Notes under the pieces: model-generated
The model's database searches: none
What the model saw: only the letters and a program-made list of their open reading frames with translations
Told to the model about the DNA's origin: nothing
Source of the DNA: an uncultured delta proteobacterium
GTDB taxonomy: Bacteria > Myxococcota_A > Polyangia > Polyangiales > Houyiibacteriaceae
Direction of reading: 5' to 3'
Assembly (NCBI GenBank): GCA_963699755.1
Contig: CAVOVB010000011.1
Coordinates: forward strand, 7,790-71,789
Length of the DNA: 64,000 nucleotides
In this document: positions 39,601 to 47,531 of the stretch, piece after piece
Layout of the letters: each line of letters starts with the position of its first letter
How positions within the stretch are numbered: the stretch's first letter is position 1
Made by a program: the position numbers and the translations under genes

Positions 39601-41722
39601 CCGCGTGGCGGAGGAAACCGACGACCCAACCGCGCTGGTCGACGCACTCCACCGGGAAGCCGAAGCCGAACGTGACCCAAAAGCCTCTTCGGACCTCTAT
39701 GTGCAGAGCGCGTTGGTCCGCCTGGAACGCATTGGAGACCACGACGGCGCCAGACGCGACTTCGAGCGGGCGCTCGAGCTTTGGCCGGATTCCTCCAAGG
39801 CCGCAGAAGGGCTCGTCGACGTACTCACCATCGACGCCGCCTGGTCTTCGCTGGTGGACCGGCTTTCCCAAGCGGCTTCGGGCGCGCGATCCGTCGACCG
39901 AGCGAGTGCGCTCTGGCTGGTGGTGGCGCGTGTCCAGAGCGAGGAGCTAGGCGAGCTTCCGGCTGCCATCCGCACACTGCAACGCGTGCTGAAAGTGCAG
40001 CCCCGAAACCTCGACGCACTACATCGGCTCGCGGAGCATTTAGAGTCGAATCAGTCCTGGCACGAAGCGGCGGCAACAATGGAACAACTCCTCGCCGCTG
40101 CGCCTGGGAATGGCCAATTACGAAGAGTGCTGCTCGATCTCGCGCGGCTCTATCGCGAGCGTTTGAACATGCCTGACAAGGCGCTGCGTCATGTCGAATT
40201 CGCCTTGGCGGCCGAGCCCGAAAACCCGGCAGCACTTCAAGAGCTTTCCCTGATTCACGAGGCGCTTGGGCATCTCCCGGAGGCATTGGCTGTGACCCGC
40301 CACCTGCTCGACGTAAGCGAGGGACAGGTGCGAGGAGACGCGCTCGTTCGTCTAGGGCAGCTCGAGTACGCCACCGGAGACCCGGAAAATGCCAAGCTCG
40401 CTCTCCAGCGGGCGGTCGTCCTCGAAGGGCCCAGTAGTGATGCGGCTCGGACGCTCGAATCCTTGTGCGAAAGCCCGAACGACTGGCGGGCCTACGCGAA
40501 CGCATTGCAGGAACATCAGGCCGAGGATGAGCGCGGCAGCGTGACCACCACTCTCGAGGTCGCCCGCGTGCTATCGGATTACTGCCGTGATGAGCTAGCG
40601 GCTATCGATGCGCTTCGAGGCGGGCTCGATGAAGGCGCCGCGAACGCGGACCTTCGGCGCGAGCTCGCGGTACGACTTCGCGCGCGAGGCGCCAACGCGG
40701 CAGCGGTCGAGCAACTCCAAGCGGTGCTCGCACAGGAGCCGATGCGCGAGGAAATCTGGCGCGAGCTTGCGCTGACCTATCAAACCGAAGGTCGCCCGAG
40801 GGAGGCGCGAATCGCGAGCCTGCCACTCCTTCAAATGGGCGTGGCCGACGAACGTGACCTTGCACGGATCTCGGCTGTCGAGCCCTGGCCGGCTAAGGTT
40901 CGTCCTCTGTCGCTTCGCGGGCCTGTCTTGGATCAACTAGGCACGCCCCGCGCCGAGGATGCTGCAGCGGGCGCGCTCCTGGCCGCGCTTAGCCCGACGC
41001 TCGCTAAGCTATACCCGCCTGACCTCCAAAGTTATGGCCTTGCGACACGCGACCGCCTCCCCACCGAAGCCAATCATCCGCTTCGAGATGTGGCGAACAG
41101 CCTCTCGTCGGCGCTCGACATCCGTAACTTCGATTTGTTCCTGCACCGAGTGCGAAACCGCGGCATCACCATCGAGTTCGGCGCCCACCCTGCGGTGCTC
41201 GTGCCAGCAACCATCATGGAAAGGGATGCGCAGACGCAAACGTTCATGCTGGCGCAGCCGATGACGCAGATCGCTCGCGGCTATCATGCGATCGACAAGC
41301 TCACGCCCCGCGAGCTCGATGTTCTCTTGGCCTCGGCGGCCCGGATCGTGAAACCGGACTTCGGCATGGGCCTGACGAGCGAAGAGTTTCTGAACGAACA
41401 AACGCGACGTTTGCAAAGAGCGATTCCGCGACGAGACCGAAAGCTCGTGCGTGACGCCGCCCTGGCCTACTCGCAGGCCAAGCGCGTCAAGTTCGACCGC
41501 TGGGTTCATGCCGCCCAAAGGACCGCGATCCGCGCGGCCATGTTGCTCTGCGACGACCTTGACCCATTGGTTCAGGAAGTCCGGAGCCGCATCGCTCCGG
41601 AGCGAGAAGCCGAGGGCGAGACTTTCGACAAACATCCCACTTACATCTATGCGCTGAAGTTTTGGGCATCCCCAGCAGCGATGTTCTTGCGCGAGCACAT
41701 GGGGATGATTCCTCCTCGCTGA
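36650..41722 (+). CDS. Very large TPR-repeat protein with a non-TPR C-terminal domain
   Basis: 1690 aa. The Y..AL..DP..-type repeat recurs throughout (for example ALEYYQAALERAPDY, AIEHYQRALNATPDH, AITRYRRALEKDPRH). The last ~300 aa lack this periodicity. No TM segment or signal peptide seen. Confidence 0.85.
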   Translation: MVFEDGDSTVLRREATQALEQDDLVDEPDVALPPAIPVPRAPRAPEKAALSEADRSRRARDWIGECERELREQPDVRRAARLYFEMGRSCEGSLKDARRALEYYQAALERAPDYVPAIRATRRLLLGARMFKEALPLFDAEARITRQPSDKATLFLLKGRLLEDVLGNRDAAEQAYHTARALDRSHAAILRATEQRAFARQAWPDVDRNLAELANAAASDDRHRAALIIRRAQLLESRQQRPEQAAELYETALQLDPNAVIALQALKRLYYGQRRWRDLIRTLEAEAQWATEPSLKASSLYRAARIHAELLGNRDGAIQALEQARSLQPDDPLILGELARHYESGQHLEALVETLEALTKATDDQTEKLTFTQRIARLYEEELRDVDQAITWHERAVELDPTSLSSLQALSLLYRIRGAWPKLIDMCLREARYTTDAERRADSHARAAEIYETRLNAIDDAIEHYQRALNATPDHPTAFKALARLLSDVHKPKELIQLYENALDRASGSRAVSYLLKIGQIYEDSLGEPALAAQTYKRVLQQDPAHLLAVQAWQRSAARAHRPRELLEALDYEIELTVERDRLVALLHRAGELLNEHLDDRDEAITRYRRALEKDPRHVPTLSSLGRLYYAAGRWNDLLDVYGQELRLTSSKHRRVALLQKMAEISRDRLGSDEDALRYHREAVRVDPSHAPSLQELARQLRERGDWSDLVDVLELQLHHSSAVRIRARAAFLLGQVYEEHLADRTKAMTAYEAAIAADANYRPAVDALARVRAEEHDWTHLLSDLERELKLTEESPRRVALFARKAQVLERQDKHRQAIQAWEQVLAIDPKHLGALLALEQLYRQVGAWQSLCGVYSAQAEVLEDPSGRVSALYELARLLEHQGLGEYDDVIGAYRRVLEVAPSDLGALLELERLAAGRWDSELLREVDSLGARSAQDPAVAAAHRTRLAELVEGEEDTQAIEQFRAASMADPYHIGAARGLTRVAEETDDPTALVDALHREAEAERDPKASSDLYVQSALVRLERIGDHDGARRDFERALELWPDSSKAAEGLVDVLTIDAAWSSLVDRLSQAASGARSVDRASALWLVVARVQSEELGELPAAIRTLQRVLKVQPRNLDALHRLAEHLESNQSWHEAAATMEQLLAAAPGNGQLRRVLLDLARLYRERLNMPDKALRHVEFALAAEPENPAALQELSLIHEALGHLPEALAVTRHLLDVSEGQVRGDALVRLGQLEYATGDPENAKLALQRAVVLEGPSSDAARTLESLCESPNDWRAYANALQEHQAEDERGSVTTTLEVARVLSDYCRDELAAIDALRGGLDEGAANADLRRELAVRLRARGANAAAVEQLQAVLAQEPMREEIWRELALTYQTEGRPREARIASLPLLQMGVADERDLARISAVEPWPAKVRPLSLRGPVLDQLGTPRAEDAAAGALLAALSPTLAKLYPPDLQSYGLATRDRLPTEANHPLRDVANSLSSALDIRNFDLFLHRVRNRGITIEFGAHPAVLVPATIMERDAQTQTFMLAQPMTQIARGYHAIDKLTPRELDVLLASAARIVKPDFGMGLTSEEFLNEQTRRLQRAIPRRDRKLVRDAALAYSQAKRVKFDRWVHAAQRTAIRAAMLLCDDLDPLVQEVRSRIAPEREAEGETFDKHPTYIYALKFWASPAAMFLREHMGMIPPR

Positions 41723-41738
41723 TTGTGCAGCGACTCGG

Positions 41739-42293
41739 TCAGATGCTGTCGTGGGTGTGCCGATCGATCCGATAGACGAGCCAGCCAAAGGCGAGCCCGA
41801 TCGTCAAGAGCATGACGAGCCCTGAGTAGAAGGCCGGGCTCGCGAAGAAGGGAGTGAGGCCATAAACACGATTGAATTGCCGGTAGGAACCGACTAGGGA
41901 GAGCCGGTTCCAGCCGAGCGGCCATACGGTCAACGCAACGAAGAGGACGCCGGCCGCGATCCGACGGGCGGCGGTGTCACGCGAAGCTCGACAGAGGGCC
42001 GCGCCGATTCGAAAGCCGAGGAAGGCCGCGCCGAGCAGGAGCACGGCGCCGAGCAAGCACCAGAACAACGGCGCTCCGGCTGTGTCGACCGAGTAGAAGA
42101 GAAACCAGTCCCCGTGAAATAGGTAGAAGTAAACGACGGTTGGCAAGAGGACCAGCGCGACGAAGAGCGCGTAGGCGAGGAAGGTCTCCATGCGCCAGAC
42201 GGGGTCCGGGCTATCTCGAACCTCGTCGCGACCGGCATAGGCAGAAAACGCCCCGGTGGCGATAGCGATGAGCAGCAGGAAAAGTAGAGGCAA
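41739..42293 (-). CDS. Hypothetical polytopic membrane protein
   Basis: 184 aa with about five hydrophobic helices. No recognisable motif. Confidence 0.6.
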   Translation of the reverse strand: MPLLFLLLIAIATGAFSAYAGRDEVRDSPDPVWRMETFLAYALFVALVLLPTVVYFYLFHGDWFLFYSVDTAGAPLFWCLLGAVLLLGAAFLGFRIGAALCRASRDTAARRIAAGVLFVALTVWPLGWNRLSLVGSYRQFNRVYGLTPFFASPAFYSGLVMLLTIGLAFGWLVYRIDRHTHDSI

Positions 42294-42363
42294 AGTGGTC
42301 CCCGCTGAAAGGCTACGTCCCCGGTTCGTGGACGGTCAACCAATCGAGCACCATAGTCAGGGG

Positions 42364-43683
42364 ATGCGGAAGGCTGCCGGGGTCGGTTTGCTGGGCTTTG
42401 TCGCCGCTTTGGTTGCGGAGACTCATGCGTCCGCCGACAGCCTCAGTCAGCTCACCGGGCCCTTTGCGACCGCATTGCGAGACGGTAGCTACCTAGGCGC
42501 ATTGGGACTGGTCTTTTTAGCAGGGCTAGCCACCTCACTGACCCCCTGCGTGTATCCGATGATCGCCATCACCGTCAGCGTATTTGGCGCGAGGCAGGCT
42601 GAGAGCCGCGCTAGGGCGGCCCTTCTCTCGAGCGCATTCGTTCTGGGCATTGCGGCGCTCTTCACGCCGCTCGGGGTGCTTTCTGCGTTGACCGGAAACG
42701 CGTTTGGAAGCGCCTTGGCGAGCCCCTGGGTAGTTGGGGCGCTGTCGGCCTTGTTCGCTGTGATGGCGTCGAGCATGTTTGGCTTGTTCGACCTCGCCTT
42801 GCCCACGGCGCTGCAGAACCGGCTCGCACAGGTTGGAGGCTTCGGGGCGCGCGGCGCATTCGTCCTCGGCTTCGCCAACGGGCTCATTGCAGCCCCTTGC
42901 ACTGGGCCGGTGCTCGCCGTCTTGCTCACATGGGTGGCCACCACGGGGAACGTAGCGTTCGGCGCTCTTTCTCTGTTCGTCTACGCGATTGGCATCGGCG
43001 TGTTGTTCTGGTTCGTTGGAACCTTCGCGATCACGTTGCCAAAGTCGGGTCGCTGGGTCGAATGGACCAAAAGCGCGTTCGGCATCGCCATGCTTGCCCT
43101 AGCGTTCTACTACTTGCGTGGGGTCTTGCCCTACCCGCGTCCGGCCGTACGCGATGAGACCTGGCTCGCTGTGGCCCTCGGTCTCCTGCTTGGGGGCGTC
43201 ATAGTTGGCGCGATTCACCTTTCGTTCAAGAGCGGTGACTGGGGAGCGCGTGTTCGAAAGGCGATCGGTGTGACCGCGTGCGTGGCGGGCGTGCTTGGCA
43301 TCGTTGCCTGGGCGGAGGCGCTGCCACCGGGCACGCACATCCACTGGATCGAGAGCTTCGATGTCGGCAAGGCACGGGCGGTCGCCGAAGAGAGGCCGAT
43401 GCTCGTGGACTTCGGCGCCGACTGGTGTGGGGCGTGCCAGGAGCTCGAACGAGACGTTCTGAGTGACCCCCGAGTCGTGTCTCAGGCGCAGCGGTTCGTG
43501 ACGGTCAAGGTCGATCTGAGCACCGACCAAGCCACAGACGAAAAATGGGCGCTGCTCAAGGCTTACGAGCAGCCCGGACTGCCCCTGGTGGTCCTTCATC
43601 ACAGCGATGGCTCGGAGGCCTCGCGCATCACCGGATTGGTAGAGAGTGACGTGTTTCTGAAACTGATGGATGCTGTTCGCTGA
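42364..43683 (+). CDS. DsbD/DipZ-type thiol:disulfide interchange protein (CcdA-like TM core plus C-terminal thioredoxin)
   Basis: Start chosen at ATG 42364 (MRKAAGVGLLGFVAALVAETHASA). TM cysteines LTPCVYPMI and APCTGPVL. C-terminal thioredoxin motif DFGADWCGACQ. No DsbD-alpha domain. Confidence 0.85.
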   Translation: MRKAAGVGLLGFVAALVAETHASADSLSQLTGPFATALRDGSYLGALGLVFLAGLATSLTPCVYPMIAITVSVFGARQAESRARAALLSSAFVLGIAALFTPLGVLSALTGNAFGSALASPWVVGALSALFAVMASSMFGLFDLALPTALQNRLAQVGGFGARGAFVLGFANGLIAAPCTGPVLAVLLTWVATTGNVAFGALSLFVYAIGIGVLFWFVGTFAITLPKSGRWVEWTKSAFGIAMLALAFYYLRGVLPYPRPAVRDETWLAVALGLLLGGVIVGAIHLSFKSGDWGARVRKAIGVTACVAGVLGIVAWAEALPPGTHIHWIESFDVGKARAVAEERPMLVDFGADWCGACQELERDVLSDPRVVSQAQRFVTVKVDLSTDQATDEKWALLKAYEQPGLPLVVLHHSDGSEASRITGLVESDVFLKLMDAVR

Positions 43684-43725
43684 CCATCAGTCGGCCGTGC
43701 TAGCCTCCGCGCAGGAGTATTGCGG

Positions 43726-44046
43726 ATGAGTATGATCACCATTACGAGACGCGAGATGCTTGGCCACTCCGTGCGCCTCGCCCTGATAGGCTCGGCGCCA
43801 GCGCTGCTCAACGCCTGTAAGAAACCAGAGCTTCATTGCGACGACCTGAGCGGCCTCAGCGAAGAGGATTCGAAGTTGCGGTTGGCGCTCAACTACCAAG
43901 ACGTCTCCCCCCACGGCGACAACAAGAACTGTGCGAGCTGCTCGTTCTATCGCCCGGGCAAGAAGAACGAATGTGGACAATGCACCCTGGTCAAAGGCCC
44001 CATCCACCCGCAGGGATATTGCGACTCCTGGGCGGCAAAGCTCTGA
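43726..44046 (+). CDS. High-potential iron-sulfur protein (HiPIP) with Tat signal and lipobox-like cysteine
   Basis: AGGAG lies 8 nt before ATG 43726. Twin-arginine motif TRREML, then LLNAC. The HiPIP core LALNYQD..NCASCSFY..GQCTLV..GYCDSW parallels the Cys ligand pattern of classical HiPIPs. Confidence 0.85.
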   Translation: MSMITITRREMLGHSVRLALIGSAPALLNACKKPELHCDDLSGLSEEDSKLRLALNYQDVSPHGDNKNCASCSFYRPGKKNECGQCTLVKGPIHPQGYCDSWAAKL

Positions 44047-44058
44047 CTCCGGCACGAC

Positions 44059-44811
44059 ATGGCATTGTTCGAGGTACGCGGCCTGCGAAAGGCGTTTGGA
44101 CAACACCTGGTCTTGAGCGGGCTCGACATCGACATCTTCGCCGGTGAGGTCATCACGATCATCGGAGAGTCCGGCTCAGGCAAGAGCGTCTTGCTCAAGG
44201 CGATGATGGGCCTCATCGAGGTCGACGCCGGCCACATTCGATTCGATGGCGTAGAGGTCGCCGGTCAGACCGAGCGAGAGTGGAACCGCACTCGTCGCCG
44301 CATCGGCATGCTGTTCCAGGAGTCCGCCCTTTTCGACTCCTTCACCGTGTTCGAGAACGTCGCCTATGCCCTACGTGAGCAGACGACGATGACCGAGGAG
44401 GAGATCACGAAGCGCGTGGCCGAAACGCTAGCCTTGGTCGCGCTGCCCGGGATCGAATCGATGTCCCCTTCGGATCTTTCAGGAGGCATGCGCAAGCGAG
44501 TCGCCCTGGCCCGAGCGGTTGCGGTCCGTCCGGAGGTCGTGTTCTACGACGAGCCCGCCGAGGGCCTCGACCCGATCAACGTCACGCGAGTCAATCGCCT
44601 GTTGCTCGGACTGCAAAAGCGCCTGCACGTGACCTCGGTCGTCGTGACGCACAATCTCAAGGCCGCGTTCGCCATCAGCGATCGCATCGCCCTCATCCAT
44701 GATGGAGTGGTGGCGGCAACCGGTGCCCCCGAAGGGTTTCTCGAATCGGAAGACCCGGTCGTGCGAGAGTTCATCGGCGATCGAATGATGAAGGTGCTAC
44801 GTGCAAGTTGA
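44059..44811 (+). CDS. ABC transporter ATP-binding protein, MlaF-like
   Basis: Walker A GESGSGKS, signature LSGGMRKRVALARA, Walker B VVFYDEP, H-loop VTHN. Confidence 0.88.
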   Translation: MALFEVRGLRKAFGQHLVLSGLDIDIFAGEVITIIGESGSGKSVLLKAMMGLIEVDAGHIRFDGVEVAGQTEREWNRTRRRIGMLFQESALFDSFTVFENVAYALREQTTMTEEEITKRVAETLALVALPGIESMSPSDLSGGMRKRVALARAVAVRPEVVFYDEPAEGLDPINVTRVNRLLLGLQKRLHVTSVVVTHNLKAAFAISDRIALIHDGVVAATGAPEGFLESEDPVVREFIGDRMMKVLRAS

Positions 44812-46207
44812 GTTCGTCGGAGCGGTGGGGGGCGACGTCACCGGCTCGAGGCATATCGTTCACACCGAGAAGGCGCGCATTCTGCTCGACTGCGGCCTGT
44901 TCCAGGGTCGCCGGGCGGAAACCATCGAGCGCAACCGAGACCTGGGCTTTCGCGCAAGGGACATCGATGTGATGGTCCTCTCGCACGCTCACATCGATCA
45001 CTCGGGCGCCCTCCCCCGACTCTATCGCCAGGGCTTCCGCGGGCCGATCTATTGCACACCAGCCACCCGGGACCTGTGCGCCGCGATGCTCGAGGACTCA
45101 GCCGAAATTCAGGCTCAGGACGCAGCCTACATCAATCGCAAGATCGAAAAGGACGGCGCCGACATGGACCCCGTTGAACCGCTCTACGAGCAGAAGGACG
45201 TCGTCGGGACGCTGGAGCTCATGGTCGGCGTTCCATACCACCGACCGCAAACGATCGCGGAAGGCGTGACTCTGACCTACTACGATGCGGGCCATGTCCT
45301 CGGAAGCGCCATGGTTGCTTTGGATGTCGACGTGGTTGGCCAGGAGCGGCGTCTGGTCTTCTCTGGCGACCTCGGACGGCACAACATGCCCATCCTCAGA
45401 GACCCCGAGATTCCGCCGGGGGCCTCGTGCCTCATCATGGAAAGCACTTACGGCGACCGGAATCACGATCCGATGGAGGAGATGGAGGGTCAGCTCGAGG
45501 AGGTCATCAACCGCACAATCGGGCGCGGCGGCAAGGTGGTCGTCCCGTCGTTCGCCTTGGAACGCGCACAAGAAGTGATTTACTCGCTCAAGAAGCTCAA
45601 AGATCGAGGACGGCTCCCCGACGTTCCGGTATACGTCGACTCGCCGCTGACGGTGAAGCTGACGGACGTCTTTCGGATGCATCCGGAGTGCTTCGACGAC
45701 AAGGCGCGAAAGCTCTTGCTCGAAGGAGACTCGCCCTTTGACTTCGAGGGACTTCGCTACGTCTCAGCCGTCGAAGATTCCAAAGCGATCGACCGGAACG
45801 ACGAGCCTTGTGTGATCATTGCGGCCAGCGGCATGTGCGAGTTCGGGCGAGTCGTCCATCACTTGGTGGCCACCCTCGAAAGTCGAAAGAACGCCGTGCT
45901 CATCGTCGGCTGGCAGGCGCAGCACACGCTCGGGCGACGCCTCGTCGAGCAACGGACGCGGGTTCGGATCTTCGGCGTCGAGCGCGAACGCCATGCGGAG
46001 GTGGTGGTGCTCAACGGATTCAGCGCGCATGCCGGGCAAGACGACCTTTTGGACTACGCGGAAGCGGTTCGCGAGGCAGGTCCGCTCCGACATGTGGCGC
46101 TGGTCCATGGTGAGAATCCGGGACGCAATACGCTCAAGGCGCTCCTCGAAGAGCGCGGCTTTCCGAGCGTCAGGACTCCAGTGCGAGGCGATCGGATAGA
46201 CATCTGA
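44801..46207 (+). CDS. MBL-fold beta-CASP family hydrolase (RNA-processing nuclease-like)
   Basis: HxHxDH motif (SHAHIDHSGALP), beta-CASP-type central region and C-terminal HGE. GTG start at 44801 overlaps the upstream gene by 11 nt. Confidence 0.85.
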   Translation: MQVEFVGAVGGDVTGSRHIVHTEKARILLDCGLFQGRRAETIERNRDLGFRARDIDVMVLSHAHIDHSGALPRLYRQGFRGPIYCTPATRDLCAAMLEDSAEIQAQDAAYINRKIEKDGADMDPVEPLYEQKDVVGTLELMVGVPYHRPQTIAEGVTLTYYDAGHVLGSAMVALDVDVVGQERRLVFSGDLGRHNMPILRDPEIPPGASCLIMESTYGDRNHDPMEEMEGQLEEVINRTIGRGGKVVVPSFALERAQEVIYSLKKLKDRGRLPDVPVYVDSPLTVKLTDVFRMHPECFDDKARKLLLEGDSPFDFEGLRYVSAVEDSKAIDRNDEPCVIIAASGMCEFGRVVHHLVATLESRKNAVLIVGWQAQHTLGRRLVEQRTRVRIFGVERERHAEVVVLNGFSAHAGQDDLLDYAEAVREAGPLRHVALVHGENPGRNTLKALLEERGFPSVRTPVRGDRIDI

Positions 46208-46278
46208 GGCCAGGGGCCTTGACCTGAGGAGGGGTCTGCGCGCATCCTCGCGCGCGACTCGAACAATGAGGAGGGGCG

Positions 46279-46866
46279 ATGAGCAAGGGCTTGATCGGAT
46301 GCGGTGTGATCGTGGTAATCGCGCTGATCCTCGTGGTAACCGGGGTTGGAAGCTACAACCGCCTGGTCAATCTGGATGAAGGCGTCGACAACGCTTGGGG
46401 CCAAGTCGAGAATGTCTACCAGCGGCGCGCGGATCTGATTCCGAATCTGGTGGCCACCGTGAAAGGAGCCAAGGAGTTCGAGCAAGAGACGCTCACCCAA
46501 GTGGTCGAGGCGCGCGCCAAAGTCGGTCAGGTCAATTTCGAAAAGGCGCCTGACGCGGCGCAACTCCAGCAGTTCGAGGCGGCCCAGTCACAGCTCTCGT
46601 CTGCTCTGTCTCGCTTGCTCGTCGTGGTGGAGCGTTACCCCGAGCTCAAGGCAACCGAGGCCTTCCGTGACCTTCAGGCGCAACTCGAAGGCACCGAGAA
46701 TAGAATCAGCGTCGAGCGCAAGCGCTTCAACGACGCGACCCTGGACTACAACAAGACCCGTCGGCAGTTCCCGACGGTCCTGCTCGCAAACATCATGGGC
46801 TTCGACGACAAGCCATACTTCGAGTCGACACCCGGAGCAGATGAGCCTCCGAAGGTCGAGTTCTAG
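46279..46866 (+). CDS. lemA: LemA family protein
   Basis: N-terminal TM plus YNRLV...ENVYQRRADLIPNLV...VERYPELKA...RKRFNDA signature. Confidence 0.92.
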   Translation: MSKGLIGCGVIVVIALILVVTGVGSYNRLVNLDEGVDNAWGQVENVYQRRADLIPNLVATVKGAKEFEQETLTQVVEARAKVGQVNFEKAPDAAQLQQFEAAQSQLSSALSRLLVVVERYPELKATEAFRDLQAQLEGTENRISVERKRFNDATLDYNKTRRQFPTVLLANIMGFDDKPYFESTPGADEPPKVEF

Positions 46867-46874
46867 CCCAGGCC

Positions 46875-47531
46875 GTGCCCCTGCGAATCGAAACCTTCTT
46901 TTCCAAGGCGGATCGAGAAGCGATCCGTGCCGCGACGGCGGCCGCCGAAAGGAAAACCGCTGGCGAGCTCGTCGTCTATGTCAGCGAGCGCTGCGACCCG
47001 CATCCGGAGGTCGCATGGAAGGGTGCGCTCCTGGGCGGTGGGCTAGGGGCGCTCTGTGCGGCCATTTCGGGTTGGCGTTTCGGAGGCTGGGGGGTGCCCG
47101 ACTATCCGTGGATCTTGATCGGTCTTCAGCTCGGTCTCGTGGTCGGCTGGATCGCGAGCCGGTTCGACGCGGTCGCCCGACGGCTGATCTCGGACGAGGC
47201 TATGGATAGCCGGGTGGACGGCCGCGCGGCCGAGGCCTTCTTGGACGAACGCGTGTTCGCCACGCGTGAGCGCACCGGCGTCCTGATCTTCGTTGCGCTT
47301 TTCGAGCACAGGGTCGTCGTCCTCGCGGATGAGGGGATCGACGAAAGAGTTGCCGATGACGCTTGGGATGAGATCTCGAGCGAGCTTGCCCTAGGAATTC
47401 AGGGCGGCGCGCCCGCCCAGGCCCTGATCCATGCGGTGCAACGCTGTGCCGACCTCCTGGAGGCTCATGGCGTTCACCCCGCAGATTCTGAAAACGAGAT
47501 TTCGGACGAGCCGAGGCTTCGCCATGACTAG
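46875..47531 (+). CDS. TPM-domain membrane protein
   Basis: GTG start. AERKTAGELVVYV and TGVLIFVALFEHRVVVLADEGI are TPM-like, with central hydrophobic helices. Confidence 0.7.
   Translation: MPLRIETFFSKADREAIRAATAAAERKTAGELVVYVSERCDPHPEVAWKGALLGGGLGALCAAISGWRFGGWGVPDYPWILIGLQLGLVVGWIASRFDAVARRLISDEAMDSRVDGRAAEAFLDERVFATRERTGVLIFVALFEHRVVVLADEGIDERVADDAWDEISSELALGIQGGAPAQALIHAVQRCADLLEAHGVHPADSENEISDEPRLRHD

Noticed and set aside
44059-46207. ABC ATPase plus MBL nuclease considered as a possible ATPase-nuclease defence pair.
   Set aside because: The ATPase is a compact transporter-type NBD (MlaF-like, 250 aa) without the coiled-coil or insertion domains of defence ABC/SMC-like ATPases. The flanking genes are ordinary, and no other defence hallmarks are present.
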